64,000 nucleotides of DNA from Candidatus Poribacteria bacterium (GTDB lineage Bacteria; Poribacteria; WGA-4E; GCA-2687025). Positions 20,131 through 29,861 of the stretch are shown here, one piece after another (the first letter of the stretch is position 1; the number at the start of each line of letters is the position of its first letter). The notes beneath the pieces were generated by a model. The model was not told the origin of the DNA. It was given only the letters and a program-made list of their open reading frames with translations, and ran no database searches. Made by a program: the position numbers and the translations under genes. The stretch spans positions 512,001-576,000 of the forward strand of contig OY762492.1 of assembly GCA_963665845.2 (NCBI GenBank), in the 5' to 3' direction.

Positions 20131-21180
20131 TTAAAACTGCTCATACTCGTCTGGGCGGAGCCGCTCGGAGGTACTTGTTTGTTTCATCTGTACCGTCACC
20201 GTTGCGATGGTACCGCTCTCTTCGCCTGTCATGGACATGACCGCGTTGTTGATGATCTTGGTTTTGACGGGCCACCGATCCTCCTTGGAGATATGGACGG
20301 TACCCTCCATGTCGTACGATTCCATGTTGAGCGCGAGATTCACGCCCTCAATCTGTAGCGAGGCGGTTCCCTCCGCCAGCTTGCCTTCGCCGGTCAGCTC
20401 TAAAACGTGGGACGGAATTTTTTTAACGACCTTGTCCCCTTGGCGCGACCAGTTGAGCTGAATATCGGTCGTTATGGAGGTACCTTCCAGCTCCTCCTCC
20501 ACCTGCATCTCCTCTTCCCAAAGGTACTCGTTCAGCTTTGGGTAAACGAGGCCGGGAGCGATGATGTTGTGCTTCAAGCTCGCCTCGTTAAGGAAATCGA
20601 GGCTGGGTCCGCCGCTGTCGCCGCCGATCGATTCCAGCGCTGTCAAGAATTCCTTCGCCGCCGTCTTTTTGATTTCGCCGCGCGGCGTCATCGTGATTTT
20701 AAACGGCTCGTTCAAAAGCGACTTCGCGGATTCGGTTATCTCTCGGCTCGTTTCCTCCTTCATCTGCTCAATCTCCCCCTGCGGAAGATCCGGCGGAAAA
20801 GCTCCGCTAATGCCCGTCAAGGCGACATCAAACTTCTTATACTTCGTTTCGATGATCCCGTTCCCGTTTTCGACAACCTCAACAACGCGCTGCTCAATCA
20901 CCGAGTCGATCTCAAATTTCATTTTGATCGCTCCGGCGGGAGTGTTGATCGTCATTTCGATTTTCTGCTTGTCGCGGTAGGCGAACAGATCCCCCTCCTG
21001 CAGCCGAAAGCGGAGCGGGCCGTCTGTCTGCTCTGTCAGCTCCGTCGGCGACAGCGGCTCAACAGCTTCCTCCGTCGGCGTCAACAGCCCGTCCGTCTGC
21101 CCCGCCGGCGGGAGCAGACCCAACATCGCCAGCGCCAAACCTGTCAACATATACCGCGCCATTCGCCGTTCGTTCATCAT
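20131..21180 (-). CDS. Secreted hypothetical protein (DUF6263-like), paralog A
   Basis: Signal peptide; LRFRLQEG...FKITMTPRGEI; tandem paralog of the next gene. Confidence 0.65.
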   Translation of the reverse strand: MMNERRMARYMLTGLALAMLGLLPPAGQTDGLLTPTEEAVEPLSPTELTEQTDGPLRFRLQEGDLFAYRDKQKIEMTINTPAGAIKMKFEIDSVIEQRVVEVVENGNGIIETKYKKFDVALTGISGAFPPDLPQGEIEQMKEETSREITESAKSLLNEPFKITMTPRGEIKKTAAKEFLTALESIGGDSGGPSLDFLNEASLKHNIIAPGLVYPKLNEYLWEEEMQVEEELEGTSITTDIQLNWSRQGDKVVKKIPSHVLELTGEGKLAEGTASLQIEGVNLALNMESYDMEGTVHISKEDRWPVKTKIINNAVMSMTGEESGTIATVTVQMKQTSTSERLRPDEYEQF

Positions 21181-21218
21181 TGCGCTCCTTCGCCGTTGCC
21201 GTTTTCCTCTGCCTTTGC

Positions 21219-22262
21219 TTAAAACTGCTCATACTCGTCTGGGCGGAGCCGCTCGGAGGTAATTGTCTGTTTCATCTGCGCCGTCACCGTATCGATGGCG
21301 CCGCACTGTTCGCCTGTCATGGATAAGACCTGGTTGCTGACGATCTTGGTTTTGACGGGCCACCGATCCTCCTTGGAAATATGGACGGTACCCTCCATGT
21401 CGTACGATTCCAGGCTGACCGCGACATCCACGCCGTCAATCTGTAGCGAGGCGGTTCCCTCCGCCATCTTGCCTTCGGCGGTGAATTCCAAAATGTGCGA
21501 CGGGATTTTTTTGACAACCTTGTCCCCCTGACGAGACCAATCGATCTTCACATCGGTCGTCACAGAGCTGCCTTCCATCTTTTCAACGACCTTCATCTCC
21601 GACTTCCAGACATACTCCTCCAGCTTTGGAAACTCGAGGCCAGGGACAATGCGGTTTATCTTCAAGGTCTCTTCGGCGAACCAATCCTTGAAGGCGATCG
21701 GCAAGCCCGCAGGGAGTTCTATCGATTCTACCGCCGCTAAGAACTCTTTTGCGTCCACTTTTTTGATTTCGCCGCGCGGCGTCATCGTAACTTTGTACGG
21801 CTCGTTCAGGATCGGCGTTAAAAGCTCGGTCATCATGCGGCTCGCGGTCTCCATCGCCTGGTCAATCTCCTCCTGCGAAATGCCTGGCGGAACAAGCCCG
21901 CCAATGCCCAACAAAACGATGTCAAACGTCTTAAACTTCGTTTCAATGATCCCGTATCCGTTTTCTGCCACCTCAACAACGCGCTGCTCAACCACCGAGT
22001 TGACCTCATACTTCATTTTCATCGGTCCGCCGGGAGTGTCAGCGTTGATTTCGATTTTCTGCTTGCTGCGGTAGGCGAACAGATCGCCCTCCTGCAGCCG
22101 AAAGCGGAGCGGTCCATCGACTTTCTCCGCCGGCGTCAGCGGCTCAACCGCTTCCTCTGTTGGCGTCAGCAGCCCGTCCGTCTGCCCCGCCGGCGGCAGA
22201 AGACCCAACATCGCCAGAGCCAAACCTGTCAACACATACCGCGCCATTCGCCGAGACCGCAT
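21219..22262 (-). CDS. Secreted hypothetical protein (DUF6263-like), paralog B
   Basis: N- and C-termini near-identical to paralog A. Confidence 0.65.
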   Translation of the reverse strand: MRSRRMARYVLTGLALAMLGLLPPAGQTDGLLTPTEEAVEPLTPAEKVDGPLRFRLQEGDLFAYRSKQKIEINADTPGGPMKMKYEVNSVVEQRVVEVAENGYGIIETKFKTFDIVLLGIGGLVPPGISQEEIDQAMETASRMMTELLTPILNEPYKVTMTPRGEIKKVDAKEFLAAVESIELPAGLPIAFKDWFAEETLKINRIVPGLEFPKLEEYVWKSEMKVVEKMEGSSVTTDVKIDWSRQGDKVVKKIPSHILEFTAEGKMAEGTASLQIDGVDVAVSLESYDMEGTVHISKEDRWPVKTKIVSNQVLSMTGEQCGAIDTVTAQMKQTITSERLRPDEYEQF

Positions 22263-22340
22263 CGCGCTCTCCTTTTCAAAACCTTCAACACCGTTTCTAC
22301 ATTTAAGCATATATGAAAGAGACCGGAAATGCAAACGAAG

Positions 22341-22424
22341 CTGACCTTATGCTAAAAGTTGGGACATTTGAGCCGACGATCGCTCTATTCATGGGAAAAA
22401 GGCGCCGCCAACCAATCCGTCATT
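22341..22424. repeat. MITE-A left half interrupted by IS110
   Basis: ctgaccttatgctaaaagttgggaca...ttcatgggaaaaa...ccgtcatt. Confidence 0.8.
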
Positions 22425-22434
22425 TGTATGATGA

Positions 22435-22635
22435 CATTGCCCCTAGAGTAAGCGCATACTTAAGGGGTAGCGCGGTGAGACTCCAGACCGTCTTGGGCGC
22501 GTTGCTTCGCAGCGGCGCCGTGCGGGAGTATCGAGAGCCGCGCAAAGAAGACAAGAAGAACCGGCGGCTCCGGACAGATGTTGTGCATTCGTGCAGAATA
22601 CAAGTAGGGAGGCCGGTCCTTCTCGTCCTTTTTCT
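22435..22635 (+). ncRNA. Putative bridge RNA of IS110 copy 2 (ends approximate)
   Basis: Target loop CAGACCGTC (22484-92) / GCGGGAGT (22522-29); donor loop ACAGAT (22574-79) / ATACAAGTA (22598-606). Confidence 0.7.
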
Positions 22636-22653
22636 CCAGAAAGGAGAACGAGC

Positions 22654-23847
22654 ATGAGTCTAACTCAGACCAAGACAAACAGCAACAAAATCGTCGCCGG
22701 AATCGACGTGTCCAAAGACACGCTTGAAATCTCCATCAACGGCGGGAAAACCTCCACCATTAAAAACGCCGCGAGCCCCATCAAGCGGTTCATCAAACGC
22801 CTCCTGACGACCCACCCCAACATCAACATGGTCGTCTTTGAACCGACCGGCGGATACGAGCGGAAACTGGCGTCGCTGCTCGCCGAAGCAGAGATCCCTT
22901 ACCGCCGCTGCCATCCAAACTACCCCCATCACTTCGCCCGCTCCCAGCGCGTCCGCGCCAAGACCGACCCGCTGGACGCCAAGATGCTCGCGCTGTATGG
23001 GCTGAAGAACGATCTGGAACCGACGAAGCCAATCGATCCGGTCGTGAAAAAGGCTCGCCGCTGGATGACGATACGCATGCAGCTGGTGAAAACGATCACT
23101 CAGTGGACCAATCGGAAGCATCTGCTGGACAGCGAGGCGACCAAGGATGCGACCGAAGAGATCGTCCAGTCCCTGAAAGAGAAGCGTGACGCGGCGGAGC
23201 AGGAATGTCTGGCATTGGTCAAGAAAAATGCCGATCTCCACGCAAAGTTCCGTCTGTTGGAGAGCATTCCGGGCTTCGGGGTTCTCATTTCCGCGTATCT
23301 GGTTCTTTATGTGCCGGAGTTGGGCGCGCGCAGCGGCCGTCAGATCTGTTCCCTGCTTGGTTTGGCTCCTTGGGCGCGCGAGAGCGGCAAGTCGACAGGT
23401 CGGCGCCGCATTTGGGGCGGTCGGAGCGATGTTCGCGCGCTTCTGTATATGTCGGCGATGTCGGCGATACAGTATAACCCGGACATGAAGGCGTTTTACG
23501 AGCGTCTGACGGATCGCGGCAAGCCTGGGAAGGTCGCGCTTACGGCGGTGATGCGGAAGTTGGCGGTTCTTGCGAACGCGATTCTGAAGCGTGGAACGCC
23601 TTGGGTTCCTTCGGATGAGTTGCCTTCTTTGGCGTTGTCGGAAGAGTCGGCGTCTTCCGATGAGCAGGATGAAACAGCGGCTGCGGCGCCATCGGAAGAG
23701 TCGGGGTCTTCCGATGCGTCGGTCGCGGCGCCGACCGGAACATCTGCGTCTTTGGATGAGGCTGACGGGGAGGCGCTGCCGGCGCCTGGAGAAGCGCCGG
23801 CAGCGGCGTCTTCGGATCCGCCGTCAAGCGACAGGACGCAAGGCTGA
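22654..23847 (+). CDS. IS110 DEDD recombinase/transposase with acidic C-terminal tail
   Basis: GIDVSK, FEPTG, KTDPLDA, ARESG, AVMRKL; GAAAGGAG RBS. Confidence 0.95.
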   Translation: MSLTQTKTNSNKIVAGIDVSKDTLEISINGGKTSTIKNAASPIKRFIKRLLTTHPNINMVVFEPTGGYERKLASLLAEAEIPYRRCHPNYPHHFARSQRVRAKTDPLDAKMLALYGLKNDLEPTKPIDPVVKKARRWMTIRMQLVKTITQWTNRKHLLDSEATKDATEEIVQSLKEKRDAAEQECLALVKKNADLHAKFRLLESIPGFGVLISAYLVLYVPELGARSGRQICSLLGLAPWARESGKSTGRRRIWGGRSDVRALLYMSAMSAIQYNPDMKAFYERLTDRGKPGKVALTAVMRKLAVLANAILKRGTPWVPSDELPSLALSEESASSDEQDETAAAAPSEESGSSDASVAAPTGTSASLDEADGEALPAPGEAPAAASSDPPSSDRTQG

Positions 23848-24151
23848 TGAAAACATCTTTCCGAGAGACAGCTGCGGCGGCTCCTTCGGCTCTTGCCGAA
23901 AAATATCCGCCGCGGCGACTTTCTGGACTACGGAGAACGAGATATGGTTGACTTTGAACACAGATACTCCCGCGCAAGCGGGAATCCAGAGTAGACACCC
24001 TCCGCATCCTAAAACGGCTTTAAAATCAAAATCATCGTCTATAGAGACCGCCTCTAGCAGCGCAGGCGGGCAAAAGGCGCTATACTATGCTTTCATGATG
24101 CTCATGGATATTCATGGGCTTGTCGCGGATTCCGCGGGGAAGGCTTGGAGC

Positions 24152-25531
24152 ATGAAACGAACGGCGCCGTTCATCGCGCTCGCACTGTTCGCGCCGCTCT
24201 GTATGTCGGAAGGCGTCCGCCTGTCTGCCGGCGTGGATTCGGCGGATCAGCGCGCGCCCGCCGCCGCCTTCTCCGACGGAAGACTCTTTGCGGTCTGGCA
24301 GGACGCGCGGGACGGCGGCAAGCTGTATGGGCAGGCGTACGACGCGGACGGCTCGCCTCTCTGGGAGGAGAACGGACGCGCTCTCGTCTCCGCGAAGGGC
24401 AACCAAGGGACTCCCGCTGTCGCGCCGGACGGAAGCGGCGGCTTCTTTCTCATCTGGATGGACATGCCGAACCGGCATCGAGAGCTGTACGCGCAGCGGT
24501 TCAACAAAGACGGGGAGCCTGTCTGGGAAAAAACCGCCGTCGCAAAGCACGGAGGCGGCATGGACGACCACCGCATCGCGCTTGACGGCAAGGGCGGGCT
24601 GTATATTATCTGGGAAGATTTGCGCAGCGGCAACCTAGACGTCTACGCGCAGCGGCTCTCGGCAAGCGGGGAGACACTCTGGGAAGCGAACGGAACGAAG
24701 CTCACCGCCTCGCCCGACAACCAGTACGACCCCGCCGTTTCAGCCGACGAGAAAGGTTGCGTCGTCGTTTGGTGGAATGTGCCGGCAGCGGAAGCATGGC
24801 AGGTATACGCCCAGCGGGTGTCGCCTGAAGGGAAGCCGCTATGGGGGGAGGGCGGAACGCGCGTATGTCTCAACACGAGCGGACAGACGCTGGGGGCGGT
24901 CGCCGCGGACGGAGCGGGCGGAGCCTTCGTCTTCTGGGTCGACCATCGAAACGAGCTGGATGCGCAGATGAATCTCGACATTTATGTACAGCAGTTGGAT
25001 CCGAGCGGCAAGCGTCTCTTGTCGGAGGAGGGGCGCGCCCTCTGCGAGGCGCCCGGCGCGCAGATCGAGATTGCGGCGCTGCCGGACGGAAACGGCGGCG
25101 CCTACGCCGTCTGGACAGACCTGCGCGACCGGTATGAAGACATCTACGCCCAGCGCGTCTTGCCGGACGGAAGCGACGCCTGGCAGGCGAACGGCGCGCC
25201 GGTATGCGTCGAAGGGGGGCGCCAGCGTTACCCGCGCATCGCCCCCGCCGAGGACGGCTTCTGGATCGCATGGTACGATTACAGGCGCGAACTGGAGGAG
25301 CAAACCTTTCAGGATGTGTATCTGCAGCGCATGCGGGCGGACGGGTCGACGGCGCTGCAGGAGGGGGGCTTCCCGATCGCCGAGCGTCCAGGGCAGCGCA
25401 TCGAAATGAGCGTCTACGCTGGAAAATCGCGCGCCGCCGCCTTCTGGACGGAGCAGGCGGACCAGTTTAGCGGCATGGACATTCGCGGATGGGTCTCCCC
25501 GCCCCGCGCCGCCGTTCCAAACAAGGAGTAA
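24152..25531 (+). CDS. Secreted repeat (probable beta-propeller) protein
   Basis: Signal peptide; about 7 repeats of DG.GG...W.D.R...D.YAQR....G..LW...G. Confidence 0.75.
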   Translation: MKRTAPFIALALFAPLCMSEGVRLSAGVDSADQRAPAAAFSDGRLFAVWQDARDGGKLYGQAYDADGSPLWEENGRALVSAKGNQGTPAVAPDGSGGFFLIWMDMPNRHRELYAQRFNKDGEPVWEKTAVAKHGGGMDDHRIALDGKGGLYIIWEDLRSGNLDVYAQRLSASGETLWEANGTKLTASPDNQYDPAVSADEKGCVVVWWNVPAAEAWQVYAQRVSPEGKPLWGEGGTRVCLNTSGQTLGAVAADGAGGAFVFWVDHRNELDAQMNLDIYVQQLDPSGKRLLSEEGRALCEAPGAQIEIAALPDGNGGAYAVWTDLRDRYEDIYAQRVLPDGSDAWQANGAPVCVEGGRQRYPRIAPAEDGFWIAWYDYRRELEEQTFQDVYLQRMRADGSTALQEGGFPIAERPGQRIEMSVYAGKSRAAAFWTEQADQFSGMDIRGWVSPPRAAVPNKE

Positions 25532-25541
25532 GGAGAAAGGC

Positions 25542-26708
25542 ATGCCAAGATTTGAATGGGTCACCGCGGGCGAATCGCATGGCAAGGGTCTCACCGCTGT
25601 GGTGTCGGGCGTTCCCGCCGGGCTGCCGCTTGAGCCGAAGCATGTGAACGTCGATCTCGCGCGGCGGCAGAAAGGTTACGGACGCGGCGGGCGCATGAAG
25701 ATCGAAAGCGACGCGGTCGAGTTTTTAGCGGGCGTACGCGCCGGCTTCGCGCTCGGAAGCCCGATCTCCATGTGGATACAGAACCGTGACTGGAAAAACT
25801 GGAGCCAGATCATGTCCCCAGAACCGGACGCGGTGACGGACCGGCGCACCATGACGCGCCCGCGCCCAGGACATGCCGATCTGGTCGGCGGCTTGAAATA
25901 CAACCATAAGGATCTGCGAAACGTATTGGAACGCGCCAGCGCGCGCGAAACGGCGGCGCGCTCCGCTGTCGGCGGAATCGCGAAACGGCTGCTGGACGAG
26001 TTCAACATAAAGATTTTCTCCGCTGTCCTGCAGATCGGACCTGTGAAAGCGGATGTGGACATCAACGCCTTAGAGAGCAATGCCGAGTTTGACGACTCGC
26101 CGCTGCGCTGCCCCGACAAAGAAGCGGAGCAGAAGATGATGGAGTATATCAACCAGCGGCAGCGCAACGGCGACACATGCGGCGGCGTCGCGGCGGTGAT
26201 TGCGCGGGGCGTCCCGCCGGGCTTGGGAAGCCACACCGCCTGGGACCGCAAGATGGACGGGCGGATCGCGCAGGCGATGACCAGCATACAGGCAATTAAG
26301 GGCGTCTCCATCGGGGAAGGCATGCGCGTCGCAGGCGTCCCAGGCTCCGAGGCGCATGACGAGATTTTTTACGACAACGACCGGCGCGCTTTCTACCGAG
26401 AAACGAACCGAGCGGGCGGCTTAGAAGGCGGCGTGACAAACGGCATGCCGGTCGTCGCGCAGATCTTCATGAAGCCGATCTCGACGCTGGCGCGCCCGCT
26501 TCAATCGGTCGATATTCAGACGAAGGAGCCGTTTATCGCCCAGAAGGAGCGCACCGACTCATGCGCCGTCCCGGCGGCGGGCGTCGTCGGCGAGGCGATG
26601 ATGGCGATTGTGCTGGCGCAGGCGATGCTGGACAAATTCGGCGGGGACAGCGTCAGCGAAATGAAACGAAATGTCGACGGATACCTGGAATATGCGCGCA
26701 ACTTCTGA
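25542..26708 (+). CDS. aroC: Chorismate synthase
   Basis: TAGESHG, RPRPGHAD, ERASARETA, NRAGGLEGG, MKPISTL. Confidence 0.97.
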   Translation: MPRFEWVTAGESHGKGLTAVVSGVPAGLPLEPKHVNVDLARRQKGYGRGGRMKIESDAVEFLAGVRAGFALGSPISMWIQNRDWKNWSQIMSPEPDAVTDRRTMTRPRPGHADLVGGLKYNHKDLRNVLERASARETAARSAVGGIAKRLLDEFNIKIFSAVLQIGPVKADVDINALESNAEFDDSPLRCPDKEAEQKMMEYINQRQRNGDTCGGVAAVIARGVPPGLGSHTAWDRKMDGRIAQAMTSIQAIKGVSIGEGMRVAGVPGSEAHDEIFYDNDRRAFYRETNRAGGLEGGVTNGMPVVAQIFMKPISTLARPLQSVDIQTKEPFIAQKERTDSCAVPAAGVVGEAMMAIVLAQAMLDKFGGDSVSEMKRNVDGYLEYARNF

Positions 26709-28311
26709 ACGCAATATCGTCCTGACCGGCTTTATGGGCAGCGGGAAAACCTCCGTCGGCAAATTGATTGCTGAAAAGACGGGGCGCGCCTTTGTCGACA
26801 CGGACGATCTGATCGAACAGCGCGCCGGGAAGTCGATACCGCGCATCTTTGAAGAGGAGGGCGAAACCGCCTTTCGAGACCTTGAAACCGAGGCGGTTCA
26901 ACGGGCGGCGCGGACGCATGCGCGCGTCATCGCTACAGGCGGCGGCGCCGTCATGCGTCCGCAGAACCGAGAGGCGCTGCGCAAAACAGGCGACGTCATA
27001 TTTTTAGACGCCGAGCCGGAGATTCTTCTGCGGCGCATTCAGAACGACGGAACGCGCCCGCTTCTTCAAACGGAGAACCCGCTGGAGCGCGCGCGCGCGC
27101 TTCTCAAAGAACGGCGGCCTGTGTATCTCCAGGCGGATATGACGATACAGACGGATCGGTTGACCGAAGAAGAGGCGGCGGACGCGGTACTTGAAGCGCT
27201 GCAGACCGGGGCGCGGCGCGTTCATGTGAACCTCGGCGAACGCTCCTACGCGATTCATATCGGGCGGGGGACGCTCTCCCGCCTCCCAGAGCTGCTCGAT
27301 TTTGCCCCTAAGGGCGCGAAGATCGCCGTCTGCGCCAACGCCCATATACAGCGGCTTTACGGCGCCGCGCTTGCCGACTCCCTAAACGCCGCAGGATACG
27401 ACGCATGGACGGCAGACCTGCCGGACGGCGAGCGGCATAAAACGCTTCAAGCCGCCGCGGATCTGTATGATCAGTTTGTGGAAAACCGCATGGGGCGCGA
27501 TTCGTTCGTCGCGGCGCTCGGCGGCGGCGTCGCGGGCGATGTCGCCGGCTTCGCCGCAGCAACCTACATGCGCGGCGTTCCGCTGATTCAGATCCCCACC
27601 TCGCTCATCGCCCAGGTCGACTCCAGCGTCGGCGGCAAAACGGCGGTCGACCATCCAAAAGGCAAAAACCTGATTGGCGCGTTCCATCAGCCGAAGCTGG
27701 TCGCGATTGATGTGGACACGCTGAAGACGCTGCCGGCGCGTGAGTACGCCGCCGGGATCGCCGAGGTCATGCGTTACGGCGTCATCGCGTCCGAGGGGCT
27801 GTTTCATACGCTGGAGACGCGCATGGAGGATATTTTGCGGCGCGATGCCTTATTGATGACGGAAATTGCGGCGGAGTGCTGCGCAATCAAGGCGCGCATC
27901 GTGGAGCAGGATGAGCGCGAATCGGGTCTCCGCGCGACGCTGAACTACGGGCATACGTTTGGACACGCGCTGGAGACGGTCACCGGCTACAAGCGCTTTC
28001 TGCATGGCGAGGCGGTCGGCGTCGGCATGGTGTGCGCCGCGGAGATGTCCGCCGCGAGGGGGCTTGTCGGCAGAGAATTCTGCGACCGACACCGCGCCTT
28101 GCTGCATTCGGCGGGTCTTCCGTCGACAATGCCGAGCGGCGTTGATCCGACGGCGATGGTTGACGCCATGAAGATGGATAAAAAAGCGGTCGTTTCATCG
28201 CGGGGGGTACAGCTGCGGTTTATCATTAGCCGAAAAATAGGCTCCGCCGAGATACGCGGCGACTTCACCGAAGAGGAAGCGCGGGCTGCCATCGAGGCGG
28301 CGAAGCGATGA
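26692..28311 (+). CDS. aroB: Shikimate kinase / 3-dehydroquinate synthase fusion (AroK-AroB)
   Basis: GFMGSGKT, FRDLE, TGGG; then GGGVAGD, QVDSSVGGKT, LNYGHTFGHA. Confidence 0.95.
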   Translation: MRATSERNIVLTGFMGSGKTSVGKLIAEKTGRAFVDTDDLIEQRAGKSIPRIFEEEGETAFRDLETEAVQRAARTHARVIATGGGAVMRPQNREALRKTGDVIFLDAEPEILLRRIQNDGTRPLLQTENPLERARALLKERRPVYLQADMTIQTDRLTEEEAADAVLEALQTGARRVHVNLGERSYAIHIGRGTLSRLPELLDFAPKGAKIAVCANAHIQRLYGAALADSLNAAGYDAWTADLPDGERHKTLQAAADLYDQFVENRMGRDSFVAALGGGVAGDVAGFAAATYMRGVPLIQIPTSLIAQVDSSVGGKTAVDHPKGKNLIGAFHQPKLVAIDVDTLKTLPAREYAAGIAEVMRYGVIASEGLFHTLETRMEDILRRDALLMTEIAAECCAIKARIVEQDERESGLRATLNYGHTFGHALETVTGYKRFLHGEAVGVGMVCAAEMSAARGLVGREFCDRHRALLHSAGLPSTMPSGVDPTAMVDAMKMDKKAVVSSRGVQLRFIISRKIGSAEIRGDFTEEEARAAIEAAKR

Positions 28312-28754
28312 CCCGCCTGAAACATATCCTGTTGATACATGGTCCCAATCTGCAGCTGCTCGGACAGCGGCGGACGGAGGTGTACGGGAAAACGACGTTG
28401 GAGCAGATCAACGCGCGGGCGCGAAAACAGGCGGACGAAGCGGGTTTGCGCCTCACCGCGTTTCAGTCCAACAGCGAGGGGGAGCTGGTCGACTTTATCG
28501 GGCGGCATCTGGGCAAGGCGGACGGCGCTGTCATCAACCCCGCCGCCTACACGCACACAAGCGTCGCCCTGCGGGACGCGCTGGAGGCGCTGGAGATTCC
28601 GGTCATTGAGGTTCACCTGTCGAACATCGCGGCGCGGGAGTCGTTTCGACAGCATTCGTATATCGCGCCGATTGCGGTCGGCTCCATCGCCGGCTTCGGC
28701 GCGGACAGCTATCGACTTGCATTGGACGCTATGATTCAGATACTCTGTAGTTAG
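28308..28754 (+). CDS. aroQ: Type II 3-dehydroquinate dehydratase
   Basis: HGPNL..LG.R..EVYG, QSNSEG, NPAAYTHTS, EVHLSN. Confidence 0.96.
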   Translation: MTRLKHILLIHGPNLQLLGQRRTEVYGKTTLEQINARARKQADEAGLRLTAFQSNSEGELVDFIGRHLGKADGAVINPAAYTHTSVALRDALEALEIPVIEVHLSNIAARESFRQHSYIAPIAVGSIAGFGADSYRLALDAMIQILCS

Positions 28755-28780
28755 TTGAAACGCATCAAGGAAAGGCGCAT

Positions 28781-29341
28781 ATGGCAACCACAGCAGACAT
28801 CCGAAACGGACTCGTCATTCGTCACAACGGGGAGCTTGTTCAGATCGACTCTTTTCAGCATGTGAAACCTGGGAAAGGCGGAGCGTTTATCCGCACGAAG
28901 CTGCGCCGCATATCGGACGGCTCGCCGCTTGAAAACACCTTTCGTTCGGGTCATGCCATCGACATTGTCCGCCTCAACACCAAGAAGATGAGCTACATCT
29001 ATTCGGAGGGCAATGCGCTGTATCTGATGGATATGGACACGTTTGAGCAGGTTCCGATACCGGCGTCGATGCTCCGCGAGCGGCTGCCGTACCTTAAAGA
29101 GGAGATGGAGCTGACGATTCAGTTTGACGAGGACAATACGCCTGTGACGGTGGAGCTGCCGGCTGTTGTGGAGCTGGAGGTCGTAGAGACCGGACCGAGC
29201 GACAAGGGCGACACGGCGAGCGGCGGTTCAAAGCCGGCGGTTCTTGAAAACGAGGTGAAGGCGCGGGTGCCGTTCTTCATCGCCGTCGGCAATGTTGTCA
29301 AGATCGACACGCGCACCGGCGACTATCTCGGAAGGGCATAA
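28781..29341 (+). CDS. efp: Elongation factor P
   Basis: [32 protein letters not shown]. Confidence 0.97.
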   Translation: MATTADIRNGLVIRHNGELVQIDSFQHVKPGKGGAFIRTKLRRISDGSPLENTFRSGHAIDIVRLNTKKMSYIYSEGNALYLMDMDTFEQVPIPASMLRERLPYLKEEMELTIQFDEDNTPVTVELPAVVELEVVETGPSDKGDTASGGSKPAVLENEVKARVPFFIAVGNVVKIDTRTGDYLGRA

Positions 29342-29343
29342 GG

Positions 29344-29835
29344 TTGCGCCGATCCACTCGTAACCCGATCAATATGGATGAGCTTGAGCGGTACGCGGAG
29401 TTCATGGAGAAGCATGACCTGTCCGAGCTGCGCATAGAGGAGGGGCGGGACAACCGCTCAATTGTGCTGCGGCGCGGGCCGGCGGAGGTTACTTACGCGG
29501 CGCCTCCCGCGGTTGCGGTCGCGCCGGCGGCGCCGGCTGCCGCGACAGAAACGCCCGAAAGCGCCGCCGCCGTCAACCAGAGCGGCGAGGGCTTAGACCT
29601 GATTAGGGCGCAGATGGTCGGAACGTTTTACCGCAGCCCCAGCCCGGATGAGCCGCCGTTCGTTGAGGCGGGCGCCAACGTGAAAGAGGGCGAGACGCTC
29701 TGCATCATCGAAGCGATGAAGTTGATGAACCTGATCGAGAGCGATTTCAACGCCGAAATTGTGGAGGTTTTGGTGGAAAACGCGGCGCCTGTGGAGTACG
29801 GGCAGCCTCTTTTCAGGGTGAAACGGCTCAACTAA
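29344..29835 (+). CDS. accB: Biotin carboxyl carrier protein
   Basis: Ala/Pro linker, [16 protein letters not shown]. Confidence 0.95.
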   Translation: MRRSTRNPINMDELERYAEFMEKHDLSELRIEEGRDNRSIVLRRGPAEVTYAAPPAVAVAPAAPAAATETPESAAAVNQSGEGLDLIRAQMVGTFYRSPSPDEPPFVEAGANVKEGETLCIIEAMKLMNLIESDFNAEIVEVLVENAAPVEYGQPLFRVKRLN

Positions 29836-29861
29836 ACGACGCGCAACACCGAGGCGGTATC

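Larger units (their letters stand above)
22425..23968 (+). mobile_element. IS110-family element copy 2, inserted in a REP-like palindrome
   Basis: Junctions GTCATT|TGTATG and CAGATACT|CCCGC. Confidence 0.92.

Noticed and set aside
23591-24151. 646-aa ORF suggesting an IS110-propeller fusion
   Set aside because: The extension crosses the IS tail in another frame plus repeat DNA; the signal peptide starts at ATG 24152.
26692-28311. AroK-AroB fusion as a novelty
   Set aside because: Known fusion in several bacterial lineages.
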